Source: Candidatus Saccharicenans sp.
GTDB lineage: Bacteria > Acidobacteriota > Aminicenantia > Aminicenantales > Saccharicenantaceae
DNA length: 64,000 nt
Assembly (NCBI GenBank): GCA_029907135.1
Contig: JARYMJ010000003.1
Coordinates: 4,472 to 68,471 of the forward strand
Direction: 5' to 3'
Under the pieces are notes generated by a model that did not search any database, was not told the origin of the DNA, and worked only from the letters and a program-made list of their open reading frames with translations. Within the stretch, counting starts at the first letter, position 1. Each line of letters opens with the position of its first letter. This document shows positions 28,069-37,509 of the stretch, one piece after another. The position numbers and the translations under genes were made by a program.

Positions 28069-28248
28069 TTAAGCACCAGATTTCTTGCCTACCGAAAGAG
28101 TGGCCGCCACAAAATAAACCAGCGAAAACACCAAGAACCACAGCTTGAAAGAAGCAGTTGACAACCGGCCGCTGAAGTTTAGCCAGGCCAACACTAAGCA
28201 GACCGTCAGAGCTAAAATCGAAGATATTTTTAACCACCTATTTTTCAT
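28069..28248 (-). CDS. possible 59-aa two-TM membrane protein
   Basis: Just under the track cutoff. The sequence is MKNRWLKISSILALTVCLVLAWLNFSGRLSTASFKLWFLVFSLVYFVAATLSVGKKSGA, with AAGGGA 6-7 nt upstream of the ATG (28248). It is an open frame in an AT-rich spacer. No homology is recognised. Confidence 0.3.
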   Translation of the reverse strand: MKNRWLKISSILALTVCLVLAWLNFSGRLSTASFKLWFLVFSLVYFVAATLSVGKKSGA

Positions 28249-28488
28249 CTTTTTTCCCTTTCTTATTCACCCAATTTCTTTAAATTTTTCCTTTAAATTT
28301 TAGAACCGACCTTCCTCCCCAAAAAAATTTTTAAGCATGAAAATATATTTAACCTTGCTGGCCAGAATGTCTCTGCTTTAACAAGCTCTGAATTTCTCTT
28401 TTCTACCGAGAAAAAGCTGACCATCTGACGCTCGTTTCTTTTTATTTTTATTCCAGCCCAGTTCAAGCTTACTCCCTTTCGTTTTATT

Positions 28489-29877
28489 TTAATCCTGAGC
28501 AGGAAGGGTCTCAGCTGCAGATGTTCTGGTTCCGAGGTTCAAGACGACATAAAGAGCCAGGGCAAACAAATAACCGGGCAGCCAGCGAAAATAAAGATGG
28601 ATGGGCAATAGAAAAGCAAAAATTAAGCTGGCCGCCCAAACCAGCAGGACCTTCCAGTTAAACACCTTCTTCTTGGTTTCTGCCTGGTAACGGGGAATTC
28701 TGAGTCTGGGAAATATCCAGTGCTCAGCCAAAACCACCGCCCCGATGGGCATCAGCACCAGGCCATAAATAGCCACGTAATCCAGAAGCTTCATGAAAAA
28801 GAGCGGAAAACAGGATAATACAGAAGTAACCAGACCCGCAACCAAAGTAATCCTCCAACGTGGCCAGCCGGTAACTGTCTGTAGAGCCAGTCCCGCCCGG
28901 TAAAGAGTGGGGTTAGCCGTGGTCCAGCCGGCCAGCATGACCGCGGCCGCTCCAGCCAGGCCCAGAGCTTCAAAAGCCATTTTCCCCGGGTGCATTTCTC
29001 GACCGATAGCCGCTACCATCACCCCAGAGCATATCCAGGCCAGGAAATGTCCGGAATACATGCCAAAAGCAGAATAAAAGCCATAAGTCCATTTCTTTGC
29101 GTAACGGAAAAGAGCCATGTCCGAAAGGCCAACATGCATGGCTAAATTACAAAACCAGGCGAAAAACACCACCTGCCAGAAGCCGAATCTTTCCTGCCCG
29201 GCCGTGACCAGCCCGTTCCAGACCTTGGTCTTGGCCACTTCCCAGATATTGCCAAAATCAGCCCTCACCCCCAGCTTGGGCAGGCTGACCAAGGCCCCGG
29301 CCACGAACACCAGGAAAATCCAAGGTGAAGCTACCTCAGCAAATCGGCCCAGCTTCTCAAAGCCGAGGATGGCCAGCAGGGTGAAGAGAAGGCCCAGGGT
29401 CAGGCAGACCAAAACCCAGAGGGCATTATTCGGCAGGATATCATTCAAGCCGGGAACCTGAAGCCCGAAGGCCAGGCCGACAGCCGTGGCCGAAACGGAA
29501 ATCATGGCTCCGGCCAGGATGCAATACAGAAAAGCATTGGCGATGTTGTAAATCAGGGTGACCCCGGGACCGGCTATTTTTCTCAAGTACCAGTAAAGGG
29601 TAAGACGGGTGGATACGGCAATCGGAGCACAGAGAAAGGTCCAGCTGAGCACCGCCAGCAGGTTGCCCAGCAAAAGTCCCAGGATTAGGTCCGTGGCCCG
29701 CAAGCCATGAAGCACGAAGAAGGCCCCGATGACGAACTCGGTGGCCGCCACGTGTTCCCCGGCAAAAATGCTGGCAAACAAAATTCCCTTTTTGAACTTA
29801 TCGGGAGTGACCGGTTCCCGGTCAAACTCGTACAACCGGTCGAGGCGGGAAGCAAGGCCCGATAGATCCAGAGCCAT
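28489..29877 (-). CDS. 12-TM permease, NCS1/purine-cytosine-permease-like
   Basis: 462 aa and highly hydrophobic. FAGEHVAATEFVIG and GWTTANPTLYRAGLAL resemble CodB/CytX-type transporters. The substrate is unknown. Confidence 0.55.
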   Translation of the reverse strand: MALDLSGLASRLDRLYEFDREPVTPDKFKKGILFASIFAGEHVAATEFVIGAFFVLHGLRATDLILGLLLGNLLAVLSWTFLCAPIAVSTRLTLYWYLRKIAGPGVTLIYNIANAFLYCILAGAMISVSATAVGLAFGLQVPGLNDILPNNALWVLVCLTLGLLFTLLAILGFEKLGRFAEVASPWIFLVFVAGALVSLPKLGVRADFGNIWEVAKTKVWNGLVTAGQERFGFWQVVFFAWFCNLAMHVGLSDMALFRYAKKWTYGFYSAFGMYSGHFLAWICSGVMVAAIGREMHPGKMAFEALGLAGAAAVMLAGWTTANPTLYRAGLALQTVTGWPRWRITLVAGLVTSVLSCFPLFFMKLLDYVAIYGLVLMPIGAVVLAEHWIFPRLRIPRYQAETKKKVFNWKVLLVWAASLIFAFLLPIHLYFRWLPGYLFALALYVVLNLGTRTSAAETLPAQD

Positions 29878-29959
29878 GATGGCTGCTCCTTTCGTCGGGG
29901 TATTTTAGGAAGGATTATAAAATTAAATGAATAAAATTAAAACCTCGCGGCCCGGCCGC

Positions 29960-32107
29960 CTATCTGGCCCTTCTTATGAGCTCGTCCAGTTCCTGCTTCT
30001 CAGGCGGCGACAGGAACTGGTAAACCTTCTCTTTATACTTGAGAAAATATTCCAGGGCCCGGGCTCTCTCCCCTTTCTCCAGGTAGGCAAAACCCAAGTT
30101 GTAAAGGACCTGGGACAGGTCAGGTGCCAGCTGCAGAGCCTGCAACCAGCACTGGATAGCGGCCTCGGTGTTTCCGGCTGACTTATGGGCCGCTCCCAGA
30201 CCATTATAAGCCTGGGCATAATTCTGGTTCTTGGCCAGAGCTTCTTTGAACCTGTCCATGGACCTTTCCAGGAGCTGGCGGTCACCCTTCAGCCTGGCCA
30301 TCATCAGCAGGGCGAATCCTTGATTGCTCAGGGCCGCCGGAAAATCAGGGTCGATGGCCAGGGCTTTCTCCAGCTGGTTCAGGGCTTCTTCATACCGCCC
30401 AAGGCTGATAAGAGCCGCACCCAACGAATTCCAGATTTCCGGGTCGTTCCCGGACTAGGGATATGAGTCCACCCGCCAGGCCAGCTGGGCCACTTCCTGG
30501 TAATCGCCAAGTTGCAACAGGGTGCTGACATAGGCCAGAAAAATGGTGTAATTTCCGGGCAAACGGTCTAGTCCCCGCCCCAGAACAGCCAGGGCTTCCC
30601 GGTACTGGCCGAGTTCCAGATAGATGGAAGCAAGATAGCTGTAGGACAGGTCATGGTCGTCTTTTTCCTTAAGGTTAGCCTGCAGCAAATTGATGGCTTC
30701 CTGCACCCGGCCTTCCGCCCGGAACAGGCTCAGAGCTTCTTCGGCCCGGTTCTCAAAGGGCAGAAAATTCTTGACATCATCTGCCGGCTGGAAATCCTGC
30801 TTTGGCGGCCAACTTCCACCGCCGAGACAACCCAGGCTCCTAAGCCTTTCCAGGCTTTCCCGCGAGGGACTGACCCTGGCCCGGTCGGCTTCTGAGCGGC
30901 CAGCAGCTTTAACCAGGGCCGCCAACTGGGCCCGTTCTTTTCTTAAATCGCGTCCGGGGGCCAGGTTTTTCAGCTCCTGGAAATCTTTTTCCAGGTCATA
31001 GAGCTCTGGCCGGGGTGAGTCCATGAATTTCAGGGGAAAATCTATGTAACCGGTGATCGGAGCCCAGCCGCGGCTGTAATAAGGATAAAGGGATTCAAAA
31101 TAAACTTTTTCCGGGTCCATTTTCTTTCCCCTCAAAGCCGGAAGCAGCGACCTGCCCTGCAGCCCGGCCGGTTTTTTCAGGCCGAGCAATTCGCAGACGG
31201 TGGGAAAGATATCCAGGTGAGAAACCACCGCGGCTTCGCTCCGGCCGCCTTTGAAGCCGGGAGCCTGGATAATCAGAGGAACATGGAGAGTGGAATTATA
31301 GGCCAGGTAGCCATGGGTCTTCTCTCCTTGCTCGCCCAGCGATTCGCCGTGATCGCTGGTAATAATTATCATTGTGCTGTCGGCCAGGGCGGCTTCATCA
31401 AGATAAGCCAAAAGCCGTCCCGGTTCCCGGTCAACATAAGCCACCTCTCCGTCATATGGGCTGTTTTTATAGCTGGAGCGAAAGGGTTCGGGCGGCTGGT
31501 AGGGATAATGCGGGTCAAAACAATGAACCCAGAGAAACCAGGGCCGGGAAACGGTCTTAAGCCAATCCAGGGCCCGGTCGACCACCTCTCCGGCCGGCCT
31601 TTCGACGAAAATTGGGCGGCTAAAATCTTGCAGGCCGTAATCGTCATCATAAAGGGCAAAACCCCGGTCCAAGCCAAATCTTCTGTCCAGGGGATAAGCC
31701 CCGATGACAGCCGCCGTCTGGTACCTGGATTGTTGGAAGATTTCAGCCAGGGTGGGGATGTTTCCGGGAACCACGAAATTGGCGTTATCATGCACTCCAT
31801 GAGTAGGGGGCAGCAGCCCGAGGAAGATATTGGTATGCGAGGGCAGGGTGGTGACCGTGTGGGCAAAACACCTGGTAAATTTAACTCCCCCGCCCGCCAG
31901 CCGGTCAATATTTGGGGTGCTGACCGTGGTGGAGCCGAAGGCCGACAGGCGGTCAGCCCTCAGGGTATCTATGGTTATAATCAAGCAATTACTTTTTTCT
32001 GTGCTCTTGGCCGCAGGTGGACCGCAGGCCAGGGAAGCAAACAGAAGAGTTAGAAGGGCCGCCGGCTAAAGAAATCTGTTCACCACTCCCGCCTTGAATT
32101 TTTTCAT
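29960..32107 (-). pseudogene. sulfatase-fold (alkaline phosphatase superfamily) hydrolase/transferase with C-terminal TPR array, interrupted by two in-frame TAG codons
   Basis: One continuous frame of 716 codons (stop included). It reads ATG 32107 MKKFKAGVVNRFL, then TAG (32068-32066), then PAALLTLLFASLACGPPAAKSTEKSNCLIITIDTLRADRL... (track ORF 30455..31984), ...WRVDSYP, then TAG (30457-30455), then SGNDPEIWNSLGAALISLGRYEEA... (track ORF 29960..30424). There are no frameshifts. SD AGGA lies before 32107. Confidence 0.7.
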
Positions 32108-32320
32108 TTTTCCTGAATTATCATATAGGAAGAAAATGTTTTTTTTCAAAATCCCGTCTTTTGCCGATTCCGCTTCAGCCAGGCTCGCCGTTTCCGGCTG
32201 CCGGTTGTGGCCACAGTTATTAACGGTTTCCAGCGAGAAAATCAGCCTGACTTTCGGGTATAATTGAAGCTTGAATTCAGGCCCGCTGCGGCCGGAGCCG
32301 CCGGGTAGAAGGAGGAAGGC

Positions 32321-32671
32321 TTGAGCCGATACGAAGAATTTGTCCGTTTTCGCCAGGAAATGAATAAAAAAATTCTGGAACAGGGCACTCTGGAGATAAA
32401 ACGGTTTTTCAACCTGGACGAACAGACCTACCAAGCCGGAGCCCTGGATGAAAAAACCAAAGAACTGTTGGGGCTGGTGGCTTCGATGGTTCTTCGCTGC
32501 GACGATTGCATCAGTTACCATATCATCCAGGCTCTGGACAAGGGGGCCAGCCAAGAGGAGCTGTTTGAGACTTTTGCCGTGGCCCTGATCGTGGGCGGTT
32601 CGATCGTCATCCCCCACCTGAGAAGGGCCGTGGCCTTGCTGGAAGAGATCAAAGACCGAGCTCAGGCCTGA
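32321..32671 (+). CDS. carboxymuconolactone decarboxylase (AhpD-like) family protein
   Basis: 116 aa with a TTG start after GGAGGAAGG. It has LRCDDCISYH (the AhpD-core CxxC...H motif). Confidence 0.8.
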   Translation: MSRYEEFVRFRQEMNKKILEQGTLEIKRFFNLDEQTYQAGALDEKTKELLGLVASMVLRCDDCISYHIIQALDKGASQEELFETFAVALIVGGSIVIPHLRRAVALLEEIKDRAQA

Positions 32672-32812
32672 TTCCCGAGCCGGGCTTAGCCATAGACCAG
32701 GTCTGCCCCGAGCCTTTTATTGACAGGCCGGCAGCCAGGGAGTATCCTTAATGGCTGAAAATAACTGAAGGCCGCTCCGCTAAGAGAAAGAGAAAAATCA
32801 CAGAGAAAAGCC

Positions 32813-34534
32813 ATGTCTTTTAGCACCAGAAAAAAAGTTTTCGGGTTATTGATTACCACCGTGCTAATAACCGCCCAACTGCTTTCGGCCGCTGATAAAA
32901 AAAACAGTCAAAAAGCAGTGGAAAGATTTATTTCCGGCTTCAGCCTGGCTGGGGGTTCGTCTTGCCAGCAGCCAACCTTTCCGGCAGCAGAAGAGCCGGG
33001 TTCAGTGAATATAATTTTTACCCTGTCAGAACCAGCCGATAATAATTCCCCTCATTTTCCCCTGACCATGCCCGAATATGCCCGCCTGGCCAACCCCCGG
33101 CCGCGCTGGGGCCGGGCCGGCCTGGAACTGGCAGCCATGATGAGCTATTCCCAGGCCCGCTACTGGATCAGGTACAGCCGCTTCATAGAAGACTGGCAAT
33201 ATCATCTAACCTGGGAAGACCAGAGACGCCGGTTTTTCACCACCGAAGCCCTGCGTTTTGATTCCAATGCCTTTTATCTCAATTGGACCCACGCCTTTGC
33301 CGGGATGCTCTACTACGAATTCGCCAGGAGCAACCACCTGAGCTGGCTGCAGTCCACGCTCTTCTCCGTCGGCGGTTCGCTGTACTGGGAATATATCGTG
33401 GAATGGCGAGAAATCATTTCCATCAACGACAACATCATGACGGCGGTGGGCGGCATTTCCCTGGGCGAATCCTGGTTCCAGATGGGACGCTACTTTATAA
33501 ATTCGAAAAACCCGGTGGGCCGACTCTTGTCCTGGCTCAATCCTTTCCTCAAACTTAATGGTTGGCTCGACCGGAAAAGGCCGCTTCCGGCCTATCATTA
33601 TCATTTTAACCCTTCGTCTCAGGACGTTTATCTTTTCCTGGGCTACCGCAACGCACCCCTTTCCGACAATCCAGCCAAGAACAACGGCAACCTGGCCCTG
33701 AGCCTGCATTCCCGGATCATCACCGATAGTAGCTACGGCCTGCCCGGCCGCTTTGAGGAAAAGTTTTCCAGTCCCTTTTACAGCCAGCTGGACTTCGATT
33801 TCACCTACCACGGGAGTGTTCGGGAAGAAATGAGCGCTACCGCCAGGATTGTGCCCCTCGGTCGGGTTCGCCAGAATATCTCCCCCGACAGAAAGGGCTA
33901 CAGTCTTTATTACGGACTCGGCTCTGCCTTCTATCTGTTTATCAAGAGACCTGTTACTGAATATGACGCTGGCCATATCCCAGTAGATAAACCGGAGGAA
34001 TTTCACTTTGAGCTTCCGCGGGATTTCCGAGACAAGCTGGCCGCCGTTCATTTTATCGGGCCGGTGGCCGAGGTGGCCTGGTACTCGGGACCCTGGAAGC
34101 TCCGGCTGAAAGCTGAAGCTTACCCCAGCTTCGGTTTGATCAATTCCCTGCCGCTTAACAGTTACTCCGTGAACAATGATATCCAGGGGATGAAAACCAC
34201 GGTTAAGTTTTATGGCTACCATTATGGTTTCGGACCGGCCCTGGAATCACTGGGCGAAATCAGCTACGGCTACCTGCGGCTCACCGGTTTTTCCAGTTAT
34301 TTCTATTACCGTTCATTACAGGGACGGGACCGGTTCCAGTCCTGGTTGACCGATGACTCGCCTCTGGCCGATTCCTGGTGGCATTACGGCGTAAGTCTTG
34401 ATATCCGTATCCCTCGGACCGGGCTGGCCCTGACCGGCTCGGTCGAAGGCCTCAGAAGGTGGGGCCGGGTGCATGACCTGGAAGAAAGGCACCTGGAAAA
34501 GCGTTATCACCTCGGCCTTAAATACAGAATCTGA
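32813..34534 (+). CDS. secreted aromatic-rich protein of unknown function (possibly DUF3943-like, outer-membrane associated)
   Basis: 573 aa with a signal peptide (VFGLLITTVLITAQLLSA). It has many W/Y/F-rich segments (YWIRYSRFIEDWQYHLTWEDQ, LYWEYIVEWRE). The family guess is from memory only. Confidence 0.45.
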   Translation: MSFSTRKKVFGLLITTVLITAQLLSAADKKNSQKAVERFISGFSLAGGSSCQQPTFPAAEEPGSVNIIFTLSEPADNNSPHFPLTMPEYARLANPRPRWGRAGLELAAMMSYSQARYWIRYSRFIEDWQYHLTWEDQRRRFFTTEALRFDSNAFYLNWTHAFAGMLYYEFARSNHLSWLQSTLFSVGGSLYWEYIVEWREIISINDNIMTAVGGISLGESWFQMGRYFINSKNPVGRLLSWLNPFLKLNGWLDRKRPLPAYHYHFNPSSQDVYLFLGYRNAPLSDNPAKNNGNLALSLHSRIITDSSYGLPGRFEEKFSSPFYSQLDFDFTYHGSVREEMSATARIVPLGRVRQNISPDRKGYSLYYGLGSAFYLFIKRPVTEYDAGHIPVDKPEEFHFELPRDFRDKLAAVHFIGPVAEVAWYSGPWKLRLKAEAYPSFGLINSLPLNSYSVNNDIQGMKTTVKFYGYHYGFGPALESLGEISYGYLRLTGFSSYFYYRSLQGRDRFQSWLTDDSPLADSWWHYGVSLDIRIPRTGLALTGSVEGLRRWGRVHDLEERHLEKRYHLGLKYRI

Positions 34535-34673
34535 ATTCCCTTCACTCCGGTTTCCTCCCACTAGGCAAGATTCTTTTTCTATCTTTTCCCAACTTTTCTT
34601 CTATTAAAGAGCTGCTCCGGCCATTTCCGGCCGCCGGATGCCAGCTTTTAAGGCCGCCTCAGCCAGCTTTTTA

Positions 34674-34702
34674 TTAACAATAAAGAGAAAACGTGTTAAA
34701 AT
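34674..34702 (+). promoter_or_regulatory. sigma70-type (extended -10) promoter of ftsH operon
   Basis: TTAACA (34674-34679), a 17-nt spacer ending in TGT, then TAAAAT (34697-34702). It lies 25 nt upstream of the ATG at 34727. Confidence 0.55.
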
Positions 34703-34726
34703 GAGTTGTGATTCAAGGAAAAAACT

Positions 34727-36589
34727 ATGGCTAAAAAGAATAGATCCCCGAGAAACTTGATTTTCTGGGTGGTATCCCTGCTTCTGCTGATCCTGCTCTG
34801 GAGCTTTTTCCCGACCGGTCCCAAAGCCCGAGTATTCACCTTTTCCGAATTCATGGACCAGGTGGAACAGAAGAATGTCCAGGAAGTCACAATCCAGGAT
34901 AACCAGGCTCAGGGGAAGCTAAAAGACCAGACCAGTTTCAAGACAACCCTGCCTCCCCAGTATGCCGACCTGATCAAGGTCCTGCGGGAAAACCAGGTCA
35001 ACATCGTGGTCAAGGACACTGCCCGCGGTAGCTGGCTGACCATCCTGCTCAACTGGTTCCCCATCCTGCTGTTGATCTTCTTCTGGTTCATGTTCATGCG
35101 GCAGATGCAGGCCGGAGGTAACAAGGCCATGTCCTTCGGCAAGAGCCGGGCCAAGCTTTTCTCCCCCCTTCAAAAGAAGATCACCTTTAAGGACGTGGCT
35201 GGCGTGGACGAGGCCAAGGTGGAGCTTCAGGAAATCATTGAGTTCTTGAAAGATCCGCGCCGGTTTCAGCGGCTGGGCGGCCGCATTCCCAAGGGAGTAC
35301 TGCTGGTGGGAGCCCCGGGCACGGGTAAGACCCTGCTGGCCAGGGCCGTGGCCGGTGAAGCCAATGTTCCCTTCTTCTCCATCAGCGGTTCGGACTTCGT
35401 GGAAATGTTCGTCGGCGTGGGTGCCTCCCGGGTCCGGGACCTATTCGACCAGGCCAAAAAGCATGCCCCCTGCCTCATCTTCATAGATGAAATTGACGCC
35501 GTCGGGCGGCAGCGGGGAGCCGGGCTGGGCGGTGGCCACGATGAGCGGGAGCAGACCCTGAACCAGCTGCTGGTGGAAATGGATGGCTTCGACTCCAACG
35601 AGGGCATCATCGTCATTGCTGCCACCAACCGTCCCGACATCCTGGACATGGCTCTGCTGCGTCCCGGGCGTTTTGACCGCCGGATAGTGGTGCCCATGCC
35701 TGATGTCAAGGGGCGTGAGGAAATCCTGAACGTTCATGTGCGCCGGGTGCCGCTGGCCGAAGATGTTGACCTCAAGGTTATCGCCCGTTCCACCCCGGGT
35801 TTCTCCGGGGCCGACCTGGCTAACCTGATCAACGAAGCTGCCCTGCTGGCGGCCCGGAAAGGACAGGACAGCGTCACCATGAAGGACCTGGAAGAGGCCA
35901 AGGACAAGGTGTTAATGGGAGTCGAGCGCCGTAGCATGATCATCAGCGACGAGGACAAGCGGAACACCGCCTTCCACGAAGCCGGTCATGCCCTGGTAGC
36001 CGCTCTGATTCCGGAAGCCGACCCGATCCACAAGGTGACCATCATCCCCCGGGGCCTGGCCCTGGGCCTGACCCAGCAGCTGCCCCTATCCGACCGCTAT
36101 ACTTATACCAAGGATTATCTGGAAGCCCAGCTGGCCGTGCTCATGGCCGGTCGGGTGACAGAAGAAATGATCCTGGGCAAGATCACCACCGGGGCGGCCA
36201 ACGACCTGGAAAAAGGCACCGAAATCGCCAGGAAAATGGTCTGCCAGTGGGGCATGTCGGAACTCGGGCCGCTGTCTTTCGGGGAAAGGGACGACCTGAT
36301 TTTCCTGGGAAGGGAACTGGCCACCCACAAGAACTTCAGCGAACACACGGCCGAACTCATTGACGCCGAGGTCAAAAAGATAATCAACCGCTGTTACCAG
36401 CGGGCCAGAGACCTGATTGAAAAGAACCGGGACCGGCTGCTGAGAATAGCCGAGGCTCTGCTGGAAAAGGAAATCCTGTCCTCGGATGAAATCAACGAGC
36501 TGATCAACGGGCAGCTGAAAGCCGGCCAGGAAGGTGGGGCGGAATTGACCCCGGACGAACTGGCCCTGAACAAAACATCTGAATCATAA
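34727..36589 (+). CDS. ftsH: ATP-dependent zinc metalloprotease FtsH
   Basis: 620 aa with two N-terminal TM segments. It has Walker [12 protein letters not shown], Walker [10 protein letters not shown], the second region of homology [19 protein letters not shown], and HEAGHA. Confidence 0.97.
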   Translation: MAKKNRSPRNLIFWVVSLLLLILLWSFFPTGPKARVFTFSEFMDQVEQKNVQEVTIQDNQAQGKLKDQTSFKTTLPPQYADLIKVLRENQVNIVVKDTARGSWLTILLNWFPILLLIFFWFMFMRQMQAGGNKAMSFGKSRAKLFSPLQKKITFKDVAGVDEAKVELQEIIEFLKDPRRFQRLGGRIPKGVLLVGAPGTGKTLLARAVAGEANVPFFSISGSDFVEMFVGVGASRVRDLFDQAKKHAPCLIFIDEIDAVGRQRGAGLGGGHDEREQTLNQLLVEMDGFDSNEGIIVIAATNRPDILDMALLRPGRFDRRIVVPMPDVKGREEILNVHVRRVPLAEDVDLKVIARSTPGFSGADLANLINEAALLAARKGQDSVTMKDLEEAKDKVLMGVERRSMIISDEDKRNTAFHEAGHALVAALIPEADPIHKVTIIPRGLALGLTQQLPLSDRYTYTKDYLEAQLAVLMAGRVTEEMILGKITTGAANDLEKGTEIARKMVCQWGMSELGPLSFGERDDLIFLGRELATHKNFSEHTAELIDAEVKKIINRCYQRARDLIEKNRDRLLRIAEALLEKEILSSDEINELINGQLKAGQEGGAELTPDELALNKTSES

Positions 36590-36608
36590 CCTGGATAAAT
36601 CGGGAGAG

Positions 36609-37508
36609 ATGTCCCTGGCCGAGAGCAGAACTGAAAAAAAGCCACATCCTGGCCGCCAGTATATCATTGACATCAGGAACAAAAAAATAACGATTGGGCC
36701 GGAGCCCTGGCTGGCCGGTATTCTCAACGTTACACCCGATTCCTTCTCTGACGGTGGACAATATTTTGAACCCGGTCAGGCCGTGGACAGAGCCCTGCGC
36801 CTGCTGGACCAGGGAGCCAGGATAATCGACATCGGCGGGGAAAGCACCCGCCCCGGTTCGAAAGAAATTCCAGCCGAAGAAGAACTGGCCAGGGTCATCC
36901 CGGTTATAAAAAAACTGAGGCCTCAAACTGCGGCTCTAATCTCCATTGATACCAGGAAAAGCTTGGTGGCCAGGGCGGCCCTGGACGAGGGAGTCGACCT
37001 GATCAACGATATCAGTGCTCTGGGTCACGACCCGGAAATGGCTGCGGTGGCCGCAGCGGCCAGGGTCCCGGTTATCCTGATGCACATGCAGGGCCGGCCG
37101 GAGACCATGCAGCTCAACCCCCGTTATGACGACTTGCTGGGCGAGATCCGGTCCTTCTTCTTAGACCGGATAAGCCAGGCCGAGGCCGCCGGGATTGCTT
37201 CCGACCGCCTGGTCCTGGACCCGGGCCTAGGTTTCGGTAAGACCCTGGAACACAACCTGACCCTGATTAACCGGCTGGATTTTTTCCTGGACCTGGGAAA
37301 GCCGCTCCTGGTCGGGCCTTCCAGGAAATCTTTTATCGGACTCATCCTGGAAGCCCCGGTTGACCAGCGGCTGGAAGGAACCCTGGCCGCAGCCATCATC
37401 AGCTGGCTGCGGGGCGCGGCCATCATCAGGGTGCACGACGTGCTGGAAACAAAAAGGGCTTTACAGGTGGCTCAATCTATAGTAAAGGAAGAGAGGGTGG
37501 TTGTTTAA
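36609..37508 (+). CDS. folP: dihydropteroate synthase
   Basis: 299 aa with ILNVTPDSFSDGG, IIDIGGESTRPG, SIDT, INDIS and GFGK motifs. Confidence 0.93.
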   Translation: MSLAESRTEKKPHPGRQYIIDIRNKKITIGPEPWLAGILNVTPDSFSDGGQYFEPGQAVDRALRLLDQGARIIDIGGESTRPGSKEIPAEEELARVIPVIKKLRPQTAALISIDTRKSLVARAALDEGVDLINDISALGHDPEMAAVAAAARVPVILMHMQGRPETMQLNPRYDDLLGEIRSFFLDRISQAEAAGIASDRLVLDPGLGFGKTLEHNLTLINRLDFFLDLGKPLLVGPSRKSFIGLILEAPVDQRLEGTLAAAIISWLRGAAIIRVHDVLETKRALQVAQSIVKEERVVV

Positions 37509-37509
37509 G

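Noticed and set aside
29878-29959. A TPP or other riboswitch upstream of the NCS1/CytX-like permease.
   Set aside because: Only 82 nt are available, and none of the conserved TPP elements (CTGAGA ... ACCTGAT) are present.
32108-32617. Track ORF 32066-32617 (-), 183 aa, as a real gene.
   Set aside because: Most of it is antisense to the well-supported AhpD-like gene (32321-32671, CDDCISYH motif). Only its last 14 codons (MKKFKAGVVNRFL, from the ATG at 32107) make sense, as the start of the sulfatase-fold gene's signal peptide.
33206-34222. Long antisense or off-frame track ORFs: 33206-34222 (-), 338 aa. Similar cases are 49372-50349 (+), 55437-56318 (-), 3320-4144 (+), 8956-9765 (-), 11561-12355 (-), 39299-40081 (-), 31217-32053 (+), 57881-58537 (+), 59846-60466 (+) and 16370-17002 (-).
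   Set aside because: Each lies entirely inside a gene whose product has clear family motifs on the other strand or frame. Their translations are Gly/Arg/Pro/Val-rich, low-complexity, and lack SDs. This is typical of stop-poor shadow frames in GC-rich coding DNA.
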